The notes under the pieces: generated by a model | What the model was told of the DNA's origin: nothing | Database searches by the model: none | The model's input: the letters and a program-made list of their open reading frames with translations, nothing else | Position numbers and translations under genes: made by a program | Part shown: positions 25,845 through 40,852 of the stretch, piece after piece | How the letters are laid out: every line of letters begins with the position of its first letter | Position numbering within the stretch: position 1 is the first letter of the stretch | Source: Eledone cirrhosa | Lineage: Eukaryota | DNA: 64,000 nucleotides | Assembly: GCA_964016885.1 (NCBI GenBank) | Contig: OZ024746.1 | Location: 57,412,001 to 57,476,000, forward strand | Reading direction: 5' to 3'

Positions 25845-26769
25845 TGGGGAAAGAGCACAACGAGCCAGGCATACATATACCTAGAAAGATATCGAGCTAA
25901 GGCAAATATTCCGATATGTTCTTGTAACAAAAAGATGTTATTAAATTCATATTAGAATTGGTATTTAGCTGTAAATACCAAGCTGGCGCTGGGAATAGCG
26001 TGGTGAACTAATTAATGATTGAGTGGTATGTTAACATAGGATGTACAAATCTCCCGCTACGTTGAAATGTTACACAGCTGTGATACCTTTCTAGAAAGAG
26101 TGATAACAATAACAACAAAAACCACTAACAACAATGAACGAAGCAGCAACTACAACAAAAGAAAGTAGAAAAATATCTAGAAGAATGAAGTAAAATATCT
26201 TGAAATCATAAAAGAAATTGTGCAGCAACCTAATATCTAGAAATAACCGGATGAATGTAGATATGTTAAGACAATTACCGGATACAAGTAAAAGGTCAGA
26301 TAGATTCTTGTTATTTACTCCTCCTGATAACATATATAGATACATCTCACCTTAAAGGAATCAACGGGTATGTTTTTTTTCGTTTCTTTTAATATACTAT
26401 AAGTGATATTTATAATTTTATTGAAATGTTAGTCTTCCTGAATCAATGCATCAGGATTTCAATGTGTGTGTATGTAAGTATGTACATATGTAAGTATATA
26501 TATATATATATATATATATATGCGTGTCTGTGTGTGTGCGTGTGGGTGTGTGTGAGAGTGTGTGTGTATGCGTGTGAGTGTGTGTGTTTGTATGTGTGTA
26601 TCTATCTATCTATTTTTGAAATATATTTCAATCAATTTACATTGCAAATTTAGATTTGAAAGGTTTCTTGCGAAAACTTAAATAAATGCAACTATCTTTA
26701 TATTTTTAGATTATTATCGTTAGCATTATTGTTGTTGTTTTTGTTGTTTTTTATTGATGAAGGTGTTTA

Positions 26770-26831
<62 letters not shown>

Positions 26832-28186
26832 AACAATACCAAAGAAGATAACAAGTATAAGGTCGCAGCAAGCGAGCCACAAAGTGCAACGTGGATTTAG
26901 CTACCTTCATAGAAGCGAAGTGTCTCATTCAGTGGGACGGCAGCAAATCGAAATAGGAGGGCCGAAACACGTCATTTCCATGCCACTGCGCATGGAGAAC
27001 ATTCCCTTAGCCGACGTTATATAATTGGTTACAAACTGTGACGAACAGTGGAAAACCGTCGTCCACAATAACAAAAAGAAAAAAAAAACTCTCTGACTTC
27101 GCCCACAAAACAAAGTAGAGAAAAAACTAGACTTGAGGCAACTATTACCAACACCAACACCAATGTCGCCAGGCCCAGCACCACCCACTCCACCACCACT
27201 ACCCTGCATCAGCCACCACTAACACTACAACAGATGCTGCAAACACCAAGAACATCCCAAGCAGAACGAAATCAACTTTTTTGTTATTGCTTTCTATTAA
27301 TCTGAGCACTGAATATTAACTTGCCTAGCAGTTCAGATTGCAATAATGATATCTTTACTCCAACCCATCCCACTGCGTAGCATATTAGGCAACAGTCTAT
27401 AACCTTGTAATAACCTTGCATCTATTCCAAACATTGTCAGTAAAATGTTGTAGATAGAAAATACATAGAAATCTTTCGAGTGGATTGCAACAAATCTGAA
27501 AACTTGTCACATATTATATCCCGTTGAATCAATTTGGAAATATTTGGAAACCCGCTTGCCTATACTATAAGATCGACTATACCGGTAATTCAAAGACCAG
27601 ACTTATCACGTATTTTGTCACGTTGGTTTAGCTTCTGAATTACTTTAAAGCATAATATGTCTATGGGCTATTCAACTGCTTATGCTTCAATTCACGAGTT
27701 GAATGTTAAGTTGTTCAAACAGAGTGTTTATCCTAGAAAGTGACGGATGATCCATCAACTAAGCACAATTGTTACTTTTGTGTAGATGTGAAAATCTAAT
27801 GAAACGATGAATACGTTGGCAACTCTATGAATTAACATCATATAGAAATCTGTTGATACAACAATAAAACCTCGTTGAATCACCTTTTTTTATTTTAGAT
27901 GGGGTTATAATGTGTTGCCATAAAAGCGTAATCTCTCTCTTGTGGGCTCTTAATTACATTTATATCTTCCCGTTATATTTCATCACTGAATCCATATTCT
28001 TCTCATTCACCAGCTTCACAAATACTGGGGGATATGCTGAATAAGGTCGTTTCATTTGTTTTGTTTATATCACATTTGCTCTCCCTACTTCATTCTAAAC
28101 ATTGTCATACCATGAAAAACAATATCATCAAACATAACAAAAAACGTTTCTCAACCAACACTCTAGCAACAGTAACTAAAACATAT

Positions 28187-28307
<121 letters not shown>

Positions 28308-28412
28308 TAATATTATATATTTATATATATATATAATATTATATATATAATATTATATATATATACATATATAATATGATATATTTAGTTTCTGAATTTG
28401 TTTACATATATT

Positions 28413-28518
<106 letters not shown>

Positions 28519-30659
28519 TATGTATTTATATAAACAAGAACACCACAGCAAGAAAGATAACAATGGCAGCAATAGCAACAAGCTTTTATAACCCAATAAA
28601 AAAATCTAGCTGTAGGTTTATGTCAAGAGTGCAAAAACACAAGGTTTCTTTGAACGAAAACCAATGCCACCTTATCAAACGGAATTCAACATTAAGGACA
28701 AAATGAGTGCCAAGCCTCCTTTTGATAGCAAGTAACAATATTTCCTTTGATTATCATTTTAGATGAGATCTGAAAGGGTAACAGCTTCACATATTCTCGT
28801 ATTAAGTGTTCTTAACATTCAAAAATATCACTTAGACGATAGATGAAGCAACACGAAGTATAAGAGCTGCATGGTAATTACAGCTGTTGCCGTTTTTGGC
28901 ATGTAGCATTCTCTTTCTTGAAAGCTTGCCCGATATCCGACATTCCTTATGCTTGCCTCGCCACCGTAAACGCACATGCATCTACTTAAGCATATTTACA
29001 TAATCGTCCATAAACATACACTGACAGTCACACACAAATAGAACTACAATAAGGTCGTACATACATACTTACGCACAGAGCCATAATCCCATATACACGG
29101 CCATACATATAAAAATAACAATAATTCATATGCACGTGCACATATACATATATAACTACAATATGCACATAGACACATGTACGACTACGATGATAACACA
29201 GATTCAAACACGCTCATACACACGAACTCGAATACGTACACACAAACACAACCATTCTCTATCCCTCATAAAGATAATCACACTCCTCTTTACATACACA
29301 CTCGCACTCAGTCATACGCACATAAACACATGCACATAAAAACACTAACTCTAGATAAAATCCAAACGTTTATAGTTCTATTCAATTCTATATTGAAAAG
29401 GAAATTATAATATTAATTCATTGATCAATACTATAACCGTTGTACTGATATTCCGGTGGCAATTACGCTACAAAGGAGTAAATACATTGACAGGTTTAGC
29501 CGTGACCTTTTACGTTTAAGTTTCAAATTGTACCGAGTCAGCATCTTAAATTCATAGATCAAGGATTGATAAAAGAAATGGAACCCAAGAAATAATATTT
29601 ATTTAAACTACTAACCGCCAACATAAAATATAGCGAAGCCAGTAGGGAGACGGATTAAATACACTGAGAGGTAATTAGTTGAGATTACCGTATATACTTA
29701 TTATAGTACACAAATTCATAGAATAAATATCAGCCACTAAATATGATTTATTTAAATGTACCTATGGGTATGTATAAATGCTATTAGGTTGGTTCTCATA
29801 TGTCATTGCTGTATCTTATAACACCCAACCTAAAACAGACATACACGTACATAGACACGCATGTTACCTCAAGATATACCGCACTCCCCGAAAATGCCTG
29901 ATTAAACATACGTTCTTTCCTCCAGGATAAAGTTGTTGAATTTTTCGTTTCTTCGTCTTCTTACCCACGGCTATATTTCGGTTTCTTCTATCTCTTATGT
30001 TATCTTCTAACGAGTGACTTACGCCCAATATATTAAATCTTCTTGCTACATCAAGCCTTAGCCTAATATATATCTTCCATTCGTGTTAATTTCTTTCGTT
30101 GACATTTCGTGTATATATATATATATATATATATATAACATAGTGAAACAAAACAAAACAAAAACAAAAATAAACAGAAGATTATGGGTTACTCAGAACC
30201 TCACGTTATAAAAATACTAGTAAATATTTGAATATGAACCTAAGGTTTCTCTTCATATATATGCGAGGTTTAAAATACATAACAAAGTATAAAATCATTA
30301 ATGTAAAAATAAAATGTGACTTTTATGATATATGTAGGTATTCAGAAACAATTTAACTAGATTTGCAATAATCGGTTACACTTTGATTAGCTTTAGAAAC
30401 TTTCATTTTGATTTGCGTTATGTATATTTATTTCGCATGTTGCTATATGTTATGTTGAAATAATGTATTCCACAATTTTTTTTATTTGTGTGTGACTCAT
30501 TCTTTTGAATCAGTCGTCATAGGTATCATTGTCTTTGACATTAGCGTGGTGTTTGACCTAAAGTAAGCAAAAGAATATCCACACCAATTGACTCCTACCT
30601 GTATCTATGAACGCAAATATATGTAATCAGTAAACTTACAGACACCATCTTTTTTTTGC

Positions 30660-30885
30660 ATGTCTTAGGCCAGAAGGCTCATTTGGCCGGTGCTTATCCC
30701 GGTTTCATGGTATGATGCGACTGAGAGTACAAGACTCTCCCTTGGACAGGACGCCAGGCAATCGCATGGTAAAAACCCCAGGTATTGCTTTTACTCATTT
30801 TCAGCTGTGTATACTGGAGTAACGTGAAATGAAATGTGTTCAGTAATCGAACCCAAGATATTATGATCGTACGTCCAACACTCTT
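30660..30885 (-). mobile_element. SINE family B (degenerate)
   Basis: The reverse complement contains GGGTTCGATT and ATTTCACGTTACTCCAG, as at 16231-16347. Confidence 0.6.
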
Positions 30886-31197
30886 CCCAGAGGCGCGTGG
30901 CCTCCAGACAGACACCATTTCTCAACAGATATATAACACACAAGACAATAAACGTTTTTTACATCTTACACATCTGAACTATACTCAAAATGGTGTGATT
31001 ATAAAATGATTCAAACCTCAACCAGGTAATGTTATGGGGGCAACGAAACCATTAGATTGCGGCTTAAATAGATCCTGTATAAAAATGTGTCTCTTTGTGT
31101 CTATCATATCCTTATATACTGTATATATATATTATATAATTGTCTGTAGTGTGGGACTATTATATATATATATACGTATATATATATATTTATTTAT

Positions 31198-31700
31198 AAA
31201 TTTGAAGACTAAAATCCAAAGAGGGCTCGATAAGGAAAAATATATATCAAATATATAAGAACCGTAGAGCAAATATTGATTAAAATAACAGATTAAAGTT
31301 TAGGCAAAGAATCGCTGCTTTCACCCTTAACGGGATCTTCTGAAACTAACAAAGTCAATCTGTAAACGCAGAACTGGATATTTCAAAAAACGTTGCAACC
31401 GGAGGAAGACAGGAAGACGATACTTTGGTTCGTAGAAACGTTCGCTGGCTAAGAACGGGAAAAAACGAATATAATACGTCATTAATAGGAGCGGTCAAAA
31501 ACAATTACGCGCAAAGACAGAACCACGTTTATGGTATAAAAGAGGTCGTAGACTAATGTTCTCTTAGGTGGTGCATAGAGACGTTCTCTGGCAATGAACG
31601 AAAAAAACGAAGATATTACGTCATATGTGGAGCGTGGAGAACAGTAGCACGCAAAGACAAAACCCCGTAAATGGTATAGCAGAAGTCGTAGACTACATTC
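31198..31700. repeat. Dispersed non-coding repeat with an internal ~140-bp duplication
   Basis: 31198-31290 is the reverse complement of 23537-23628. 31455-31554 resembles 31597-31695. Confidence 0.7.
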
Positions 31701-32248
31701 TAACTATTTTAATAAATATATATATTTATTTATTTATATATACATATATATATATATGTATGTGTGTGTGTGTGTGTATACATATGTGTGTGTATATATG
31801 TGTGTGTGTGTCTATACCAGTTATTTTGTAAATTCATACTCGTATTTGAACGGCGTTTCAAACAATAAATTAAATTTCGATTGAAGCCTTAAATTAATTA
31901 GGGTTAATTTAAATATATGTCAAAGTATTGATGTGTGGTATAGAGTTTGGATTATAATTGATGTAAATTTGTTTTACTCAATATGGAATCAAAAATTTGT
32001 CTAAAACTCTATTGCTTCAAAGAATATGTTTCTGGTTTGTTATGTTTTTCTTTCTGTTTTATTATTTTCTAATTAGAGACAGATAGTAATTTAGTTTAGC
32101 CAACAACACACGAGATCAACATAAATCTATTCACATATACATTGCGTGTATATGTGGATACATATTGCTTTATTTATTTATGTACCTATATGAATATGCA
32201 TATGTATATATATATACACACACACATATATATATATATTAACGTATG

Positions 32249-32912
32249 TTGTAGCTCTGGTTCGTTAGAATTTATTGAGCGCTTGCCACACATCTCGGAA
32301 GTTGTCTTTCGCTAATTTCCAATAACCGAAATACGATTCTCGCTAATTTATATTCTCGCTAATTTATATTATAGCTTTGTTATATTTAACCACTCTGTCG
32401 AGAGCTTCATTCGATTTGTGATATTTTGCATGTTCGCAATATTATACACAGATGAATTAATTCGCCTAATTTAGGTGTTGCCTCCCATGCTGAACCCCAC
32501 GTGGGGTCAGTTACAGACACATCTGTGTGGTCTTTAGAACTGAATCCCGTTGATAACGCGCACTCCTAGTTCAGTCAGGATACGAGAAACTTACCATCCT
32601 TTATGTAAGTGGACAGTAAATGACTTATGGAGCCGCAGAAACCCCAGCACTGGACTTTACCATCATTCCAGGGGTCCGGTGAGTATAAAACATTTATGCT
32701 TTCATATATTTTTATATCTGTATATCTGTTTGACCCGAAATAGGAGTTCGAATCTTCGCTGTGTGGATAATTAGTTTAACCACCATCACAGTGTGTTTGG
32801 CCTTTAACGTAAGTTGTAAGCTCTAATTCTTTTGAATTATTGAGCGCTTGCCTCACATTTCGAAAGTGTTTTTTCGTTATTTCATGGGCTGAAATTCGAT
32901 TCTCGCTAATTT
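32249..32912. repeat. Partial-tandem module between (TA)n tracts
   Basis: ~100 bp (TTGTAGCTCT...ATTGAGCGCTTGCC...CGATTCTCGCTAATTT) at 32249-32349 recurs at 32814-32912. Confidence 0.7.
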
Positions 32913-32915
32913 TTT

Positions 32916-33037
<122 letters not shown>

Positions 33038-33150
33038 CATATAATATATATATGTATATATATATATATATATGTACGAATATATGTGTGCATATAAAAA
33101 TATAACTATCAAGTAGAATTATCGCTCTACATAGTTGAATAAAATTAACG

Positions 33151-33370
33151 TAAATCTGAGTTTTTCGAATATTAATAATTACATTGGAATCGTTTGCAAT
33201 TATGCAAACAGCTTCTTTAGCCCATGTCAGTAGGATGACTCAGAAATGCTTGCTTGCCAACACATATGCAAAAATGACGGAGTCATACTAATCACATACC
33301 TTAAAGAAGTTGTTTGCATGATTGCAAACGAAACGAATGTTTCTGGTAATGTTCGAAAAACTCAAATTTA
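33151..33370. mobile_element. Degenerate fold-back with a hammerhead relic
   Basis: TAAATCTGAGTTTTTCGAA pairs with TTCGAAAAACTCAAATTTA. The right arm has uuaaaga...GUUUGCA/UGCAAAC-GAAAC-gaau-GUU. Confidence 0.6.
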
Positions 33371-33453
33371 AATTTAAATTTATATATATATAGGAAAAGT
33401 GTCAGTGCACGACGGTGGAGATCAGGCCGTTTCGACAGCTAGATCTAAACAAA

Positions 33454-33498
<45 letters not shown>

Positions 33499-33566
33499 CA
33501 AGGTCTAGCAAATAGAGAAAAGGTTTTTAAATAAATTTTATAAAGTTCGCTGTACTTTCTATATGT

Positions 33567-33648
33567 CCTTTACCGCACTGTTTCAAATCCCAAAATAAAC
33601 GGATAATTGAAGCGGACATCCATTGAGAAGGGGACTCTCTTCAGAAGG
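33567..33648 (-). ncRNA. Type I hammerhead ribozyme, canonical core
   Basis: CCUU-CUGAAGA-GAGUCCC...GGGAUUU-GAAAC-agugcg-GUA^-AAGG. Confidence 0.75.
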
Positions 33649-33862
33649 TTCTTCTCGCTCGAAGAATATAAAATTGCAGAGTTCAAATCACAAACTGTCG
33701 CCATACAAAACCATTCCCGTATGAGAGTGAATGAGGAAAGGAATAATTGTGTCTAGTGCCGTGTGTAAAGACAGAGGCAGTGTGGATAGGTCAATGCCCT
33801 GCCACAAGAAATAACAGCAATTCAAACGACCAAATGTTATCTTAAACTTGTATCCCTATATG

Positions 33863-33901
<39 letters not shown>

Positions 33902-34022
33902 AGGTGAGTTTTATTGTAGTACAATAAAGCAATGCAGATATCGGATAAGAAGCACTCTACAGTTTGTAGGACTGGAGTATACATAGTATATAAGATCAAA
34001 AGATGTTTAAATGAGTTCCATG

Positions 34023-34093
34023 TATTTTATTATGCGCATTTCAAAAACAAATATCATCATGCAATAACATTTGTGTTTTCATCAGATAAAATA
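34023..34093 (-). ncRNA. Type I hammerhead ribozyme, canonical core, AUA site
   Basis: UAUUUUAU-CUGAUGA-aaacacaaauguua...ugauauuuguuuuu-GAAAU-GCGC-AUA^-AUAAAAUA, with an 8-bp perfect stem I. A damaged copy lies at 13062-13124 (-). Confidence 0.8.
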
Positions 34094-34164
34094 GGAGGAC
34101 ATGATATGAAGGTTAAAAACACTTGTGGATAGTGCAGTTTTAAATCAACATATATGATATGTTG

Positions 34165-34516
<352 letters not shown>

Positions 34517-35315
34517 ATCTATTCATATACGTACATAAATAAATATATGCATATCTAATTTATATTTGCCATGTCTGTGTAGAAACGTGTATTTACAACC
34601 ACTAACTACAAACGTGTGTAATTGTATGTATGAGTGTCTGCATATGTTCCCCGTGCCTGTGCTGCTTGTGTGCATTTCTTCACATCCAATCATTTCGATT
34701 ATTCTTCGTTTTGGCAATATATTTAAGTGTTTCCCGTTACCAACGTTATTAAGAAATTTGAGAAACAGCTGGTCTTATTGTCATAGAGAAATGTCTTATG
34801 GTATGGGCTGGTGGTCTGTGTCTTGATGCTGATAGTTGGCGGAATAGATGTAAATGAATGTGATATGAAATGTACAGATCTAGTGCGAGAAACATGAAAG
34901 AATTACTGAAGAGAGTAATATTTATTTGATCACCTCAAACCTTCCACTTGATAACATTTCTTAAAGAAATCTAAGAGGATTTATTTATGCATTAATTTTC
35001 TAGGAGAGGCGAATGTCTTTAAGACTACAATCAGCGGATGTAGAACGAATATTAAAGAAACGCTGACAGTAGACGTGTTTATCTAAGGAAAATATCAGAT
35101 AATATCAGATAATATCAGATAATAGAAAGAACAAAGTCCAAATTTTGAGAGAACCTTTATAGATTAAAATAAACCGAAGAATTTTCAGTCCTTTTCCATC
35201 TCCTCAATCATTTATTAGGATATAGTTCAGCCATATTTTCGTGATTTGAAACAGAATGAAAGGAAATTATAAAAGAGATTTTACGACAGTTAGATTGCAA
35301 AGGCGGTAGCACATA

Positions 35316-35368
<53 letters not shown>

Positions 35369-35369
<1 letters not shown>

Positions 35370-36046
35370 CGAAGGAAATGTGGTAAGGAACCAGGTGGAC
35401 CATAACGCACCAAAGTACTCAATACTTGAGGTAGTAGAGTGGGTAATAGGAACCAGTAAGACCCCGACAGCTGAGCTCAAGCCGTTTCGACGGCTAATTC
35501 TGGACTAAATGAAAATTTATCCTGGTATTTAAATAGCCGATCTTCTCAAGGGGTAATTCCATTTATTTATTTATTCTAGCCTAACAATAGCTAGAGACCT
35601 AGGTCGTAGAATTTAATTTACTTTACTTTTTTCTTTACACTCATTTGTTTTTCTTTACACTTATTTGCTTTTCTTCACTCTCAGTATTTTTTCTTTCCTA
35701 TATATGTCTACCCCCCATTGTTCTACCTACCGTTCCGACTTCCTCCCCCTCCCCCTCCCCTGTATCTTCTTTGACCTCATGCCCAGCTGTAGCTGGCACT
35801 ACAAACGCTTGATTGGGTCTACTCCACCCCCTCCCCTCTTTCTCCTACTGGCAGGTTTAGCCACCATCTCCCCTACTAATTTGCAACCACAGAATTACTA
35901 CTGATTTTTGACAATCACTTTGACCATATATGGAATTACCCCTTGAGAAGATCGGCTATTTAAATACCAGGATAAATTTTCATTTAGTCCAGAATTAGCC
36001 GTCGAAACGGCTTGAGCTCAGCTGTCGGGGTCTTACTGGTTCCTAT
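35369..36046 (-). mobile_element. Fold-back PLE-type module with identical ~117-bp inverted arms
   Basis: 35446-35562 is the reverse complement of 35930-36046, with a non-coding spacer and (TA)n flanks. Fragments of the same family lie at 1147, ~16152, ~33391, ~43995 and ~60572. Confidence 0.88.
35938..36031 (+). ncRNA. Type I hammerhead with U3-A8 variant core
   Basis: ACCCC-UUGAGAA-GA(u)CGGCUA...UAGCCGUC-GAAAC-GGCUUGAGCUCAGCU-GUC^-GGGGU. An identical mirror lies at 35461-35554 (-). Confidence 0.8.
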
Positions 36047-36098
36047 ATATATATATAGATAGATAGATATGTATGGATATGTTTATATGTATAGACAT

Positions 36099-36200
<102 letters not shown>

Positions 36201-36840
36201 TTCCACCCGACAGGCTGAGACCACGCTGGGGCATGCCATTCATACTACACTATATGTATGTCGTATTACTTGTAATCTATAAGGTCTGTAGGATTGAAAT
36301 ATTAATTATTTATTCAAGTATGTTGTATAGTAAAATATGTAAATACTCCGAACGGTAGATTAGAACTGATTACATATAAAGCACTAAATTTAATTATTTT
36401 CAGTCAAATGATTAAGGCTGTCGTATCTATTATTTATTTTCGTTGAATAGTTATATTTTTCAACGGCAACAAATAAATAATTGTGTAAATTTCCATGTTG
36501 ATTCCTTTCAACACTACATGCGCATATCCAGTGAAATTTATGTATTGTTTATGAGGTGATAAAAAATCTGAAACATATCCGTATTTTTCTTCAATAATTG
36601 TTGATTTATGTAATCTATTGAGTTCTATTATTGGCTAAAGGCTAGATACTACAAATGACATCTTTATATAGACTTACTTGCCCAACTAGATCTACCGTTG
36701 TCCATAACATTCAAGATATTCAGATCAAATATAAAAGTTCGTTCAAATTACTTTAGTAACTCAGAACTTTCTAGAACAAAAGATTTTAAAATTAATTTCA
36801 ATAGGATCTTATTAAAGAAAATTTGTCTTCATTAAGACTA

Positions 36841-37030
36841 ATAATTGTTTCTACTATTGGCACAAGGCCAGCAATTACACAATACATTACTGGTAGTTTA
36901 TTTTATCGACCCCGTAAGGATGAAAGGCAAAGTTAACCTTGGCGGGATTTGAACTAAGAATGGCAAGGGCCGTAACTCTATGCGTTAAAGCATGGCGTCC
37001 GATCCTCACCGATACTGCCAATCCACCGCC
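36841..37030 (-). mobile_element. SINE family A
   Basis: Consensus match, with target duplication ATTAAGACTAA on both sides. Confidence 0.92.
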
Positions 37031-37047
37031 ATTAAGACTAAAAATAC

Positions 37048-37348
<301 letters not shown>

Positions 37349-37366
37349 AGCAACTATACATGCCAC

Positions 37367-37412
<46 letters not shown>

Positions 37413-37499
37413 GCACACATGTCGAGTCGTATTTCATAATTCAATAACCCGAAAACATGGCAATAACGTATACATATATATATATGTGTGCGGGTGTGC

Positions 37500-37626
<127 letters not shown>

Positions 37627-37894
37627 TATGGTTGGGTGTGTGTGTGAGTCTGTGTCTGTGTGTATTATTGTTTGTGAATGATTGTGTATGTATGTCAGTG
37701 CATTTGCAAATGTGTACCTGACAAGTTCATACCTAACGCCGTAAGTCTCAGCTGTCACAGTAACAACTCAACATGTTATGCTATGGCTACAATTAGAATT
37801 ATCAAATATAAACATCTGTGACCATTTCTCTCAACTCTTCTCTTTTTCTCACTCCTTCTCGCCCCTCATCTCTCTATGTGTAACTCTCTCTCTC

Positions 37895-37943
<49 letters not shown>

Positions 37944-38106
37944 CTCTCTATCTCTCTCTCTCTCTCTCTATTTCATGTTTTCTCTTGAGGTTTCTATGTC
38001 ATTCTGGCTATCCATATCTATCCTTTCTTTATTTTTTATATCTCCATATCATTCTCTTTATCTATATATCCATATCAATACTTGAGTATGGATCTCTCAC
38101 CCTCCG

Positions 38107-38159
<53 letters not shown>

Positions 38160-38160
38160 A

Positions 38161-40165
38161 AAAGAGAAGAGTTGAGAGGGTTGGGAACGAACCCGGCTTT
38201 GGTGGGGCTCTGATCAACTTGGATCAATCTAAGGCGTTCGATAGGGTCGACCATGGTTACCTGGATGCGGTGCTAGCGGCGGCAGGCTTCGGACCCGTTT
38301 TCAGGGGCTGGATCACTGCTATGCACAGCAGCCGCATCTGCTCTAGGGTCAAGGTGAACGGCTACCTCTCGGAGCCGTTCAAAAAATCGCGCGGTCCATC
38401 CGACAAGGGTGCCCTCTCTCCTCCCTTCTGTATGTGTTGACTCTCGAGCCACTACTGCGGAAGTTGGAGTTGTTGCAGGGCATCCCTTTGGAACCGGGAT
38501 TGCGGAAAGCGGTGTCGGCGTACGCCGATGACGTGACAGTAATGGTGTCGACGGCCTCCGAAATCGAGGCGGTCGGCACCTTACTGGAGGAGTACGAAAA
38601 GTTCACAGGGGCTAAGCTGAACCGGGACAAGTCGATCGGTTTGCAACTCGGCACGTGGAGGGGCAGACCGATGCCCTCCGATGGCGTCGTCGGACGCTGG
38701 ACGGAGGGCCCGGTGAAGTTGCTCGGGGTCTGGTTCGGACCGGACCTCCAGGTGGAGAAAAACTGGGCGGAGGTTACGAACAGGGTGTTTGCACTGACCC
38801 AGAAGTGGGCCAGTTGCAAACTATCCCTGAAAGGTCGGGCGGAGGTGGCGAACACCTACATAGCGTCCGTCATCTACTACCGCCTGACCGTAGTGCCCTG
38901 CCCAAGGGAAGCCCTCACCAAGATGGAGCGCGCGCTCTTCCAATTCCTTTGGAAGAGGCGGGCTCCTATGGTGAGGAGATCCATCTGCTGTCAACACCCT
39001 TCGAAAGGAGGGCTGGGGATGCCGTGGCTAATGATGCGTAAACACGCATTAAGGCTACGGCACCTCTACGTATTCCTCACCGGACAACCGGTGTGGGCCT
39101 CGTTTGTGAGACGAACCTTTCCCAGACTCGTCTCACTCACCGAGCTGCAATCCTGGGTCAAGCAAAGACCGAGAAAACTGGGCGCCTGGCACACTGAGTG
39201 TGCCCAGGCGCTCACCGCCCTCTGGCAGGCGGATCCGGTTATCAGTGGAGACTCCACCGCAACATTCTATAGAGGGCTGGTACGCAGCAGGTGCGACGAC
39301 GCCCTCGGAGAAGCCCTAGACATGGAGGAGGACGAACTGGCCAGCCTGTTCGGTAGGACATTCAGCCCGGGACCTATGGCAACTTCCAGAAGTCCCTGGC
39401 CTGGCAGTGCTACCGAGGGGCTTTACCCGTTCGAGAAAGGCTCTACAGACACGGGCGCCCGGGTAGGGACCCCGCCAAAAAGATCTGTCCCAGATGCGTG
39501 TGCGACGAGGAAACCGTTGCACACGCATTGGTACACTGCTCGGGCGTAGCCGATCTGTGGGGCTATGTCGAACAACTGCTGTCAAGGGTGGGACCGATCC
39601 GGTTGACCACCGAGTCTATTGTAATGATCAAGCCGCCTCCCCCCTTCAAAGATGAAGCAGAGGCGGTGTTTCTGTGCGTAATAGCCATGGCGAAAGAGGT
39701 TGTATGGTGGACGCGTCTGAAAGGACTGAGGTCAGGCACCTTTCTCTCTGGCCAACAACTGGTCCGTTTCTTCCGTTATCATTTCGGAAGAAGGATCAGG
39801 ATGGAGAGAGAGGTGCTGCACCCCAGCCGTTTCTATGAAAGATGGGTGAAAGTGGCGAGAATGGCCCGTGTGAATGGGCCTTCACTCTACATCAGACTAT
39901 AGGTGAGGAAGATGAAAGACCAAGGGAGCACCCCTTCTCTGTGCTCCTGAGGAGAAGGGTTGCACACTTTTTTCGGGTGTGTGTGCGACCCGCCAAGGCG
40001 CCTCCTCTCTATTGAGGATTTTGTTAAAAATTTTATTTTTTGTGATATCTTATTTTATTTTTATATTTTGTTATTGCCTCCTCCTTATTGAGGACGCCTT
40101 TTTGTGTAAACTCCCCCTTTGTACTTGTCCCACTTTTGATGCCCTAGTGGCAAATAAAAGAAACC
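38161..40165 (+). mobile_element. 5'-truncated L1/Tx1-clade LINE inserted in (ATCT)n
   Basis: Motifs DQSKAFDRVDH, RQGCPLSP (frameshifted), AYADD, KLLGVWFG, KGGLGMP and EETVAHALVHC. A 3'UTR and AATAAAAG follow. (TATC)n lies on both sides. Confidence 0.93.
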
Positions 40166-40169
40166 TATA

Positions 40170-40226
<57 letters not shown>

Positions 40227-40399
40227 GTCTATATATCTATCTATCAAGTTCTCTATCTATCTATCAAGTTCTCTATCTATCTATATACCTATCGATCGAT
40301 CTGTCCATGTATCTCCATCAGATATCCTCATCGTTTGCCTCTCAGTGCATATCTCGTTATCTCTCCATCTTAACTTTTTATCTATGTCTACCTATCCAA

Positions 40400-40510
<111 letters not shown>

Positions 40511-40852
40511 CACATACACACACTACACATATGTATATATATATCCACCCATCCATCTATCTATCTATCTATCTATCTATCCATCTATCTATCTATCTAT
40601 CTACTTACCTATCCATCTTTAACCATATCTATATGCTTCTCCGTGTCTCTTTCTCAAATATCTTGTTTACTTCCTTCGTTTCAGGTGCAACGTCTTGCCA
40701 AACTCTGAATGTATCGTGGGATGGAATTGTGTTTTACTGGAGATAACATGTCAATCTCCCAGCATGCACTGCTCGCTACAGAGAATTATAACCAAAACCT
40801 ATTATTATTTATTGTTTTTATAACCAAAACCTATTATTATTTTTTTGTTTTT

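Noticed and set aside
26830-27250. Relatively GC-rich island with ORF 26925-27209 (-) and a plus frame ending ...MENIPLADVI*
   Set aside because: No recognisable homology or clear splice sites, and part of it is (CCA/CAA)-rich low complexity.
31301-31348. Minus-strand CAGAAGA-UCCC/GGGU-GAAAG motif
   Set aside because: U4A core, with no stem I and no valid stem III or cleavage triplet.
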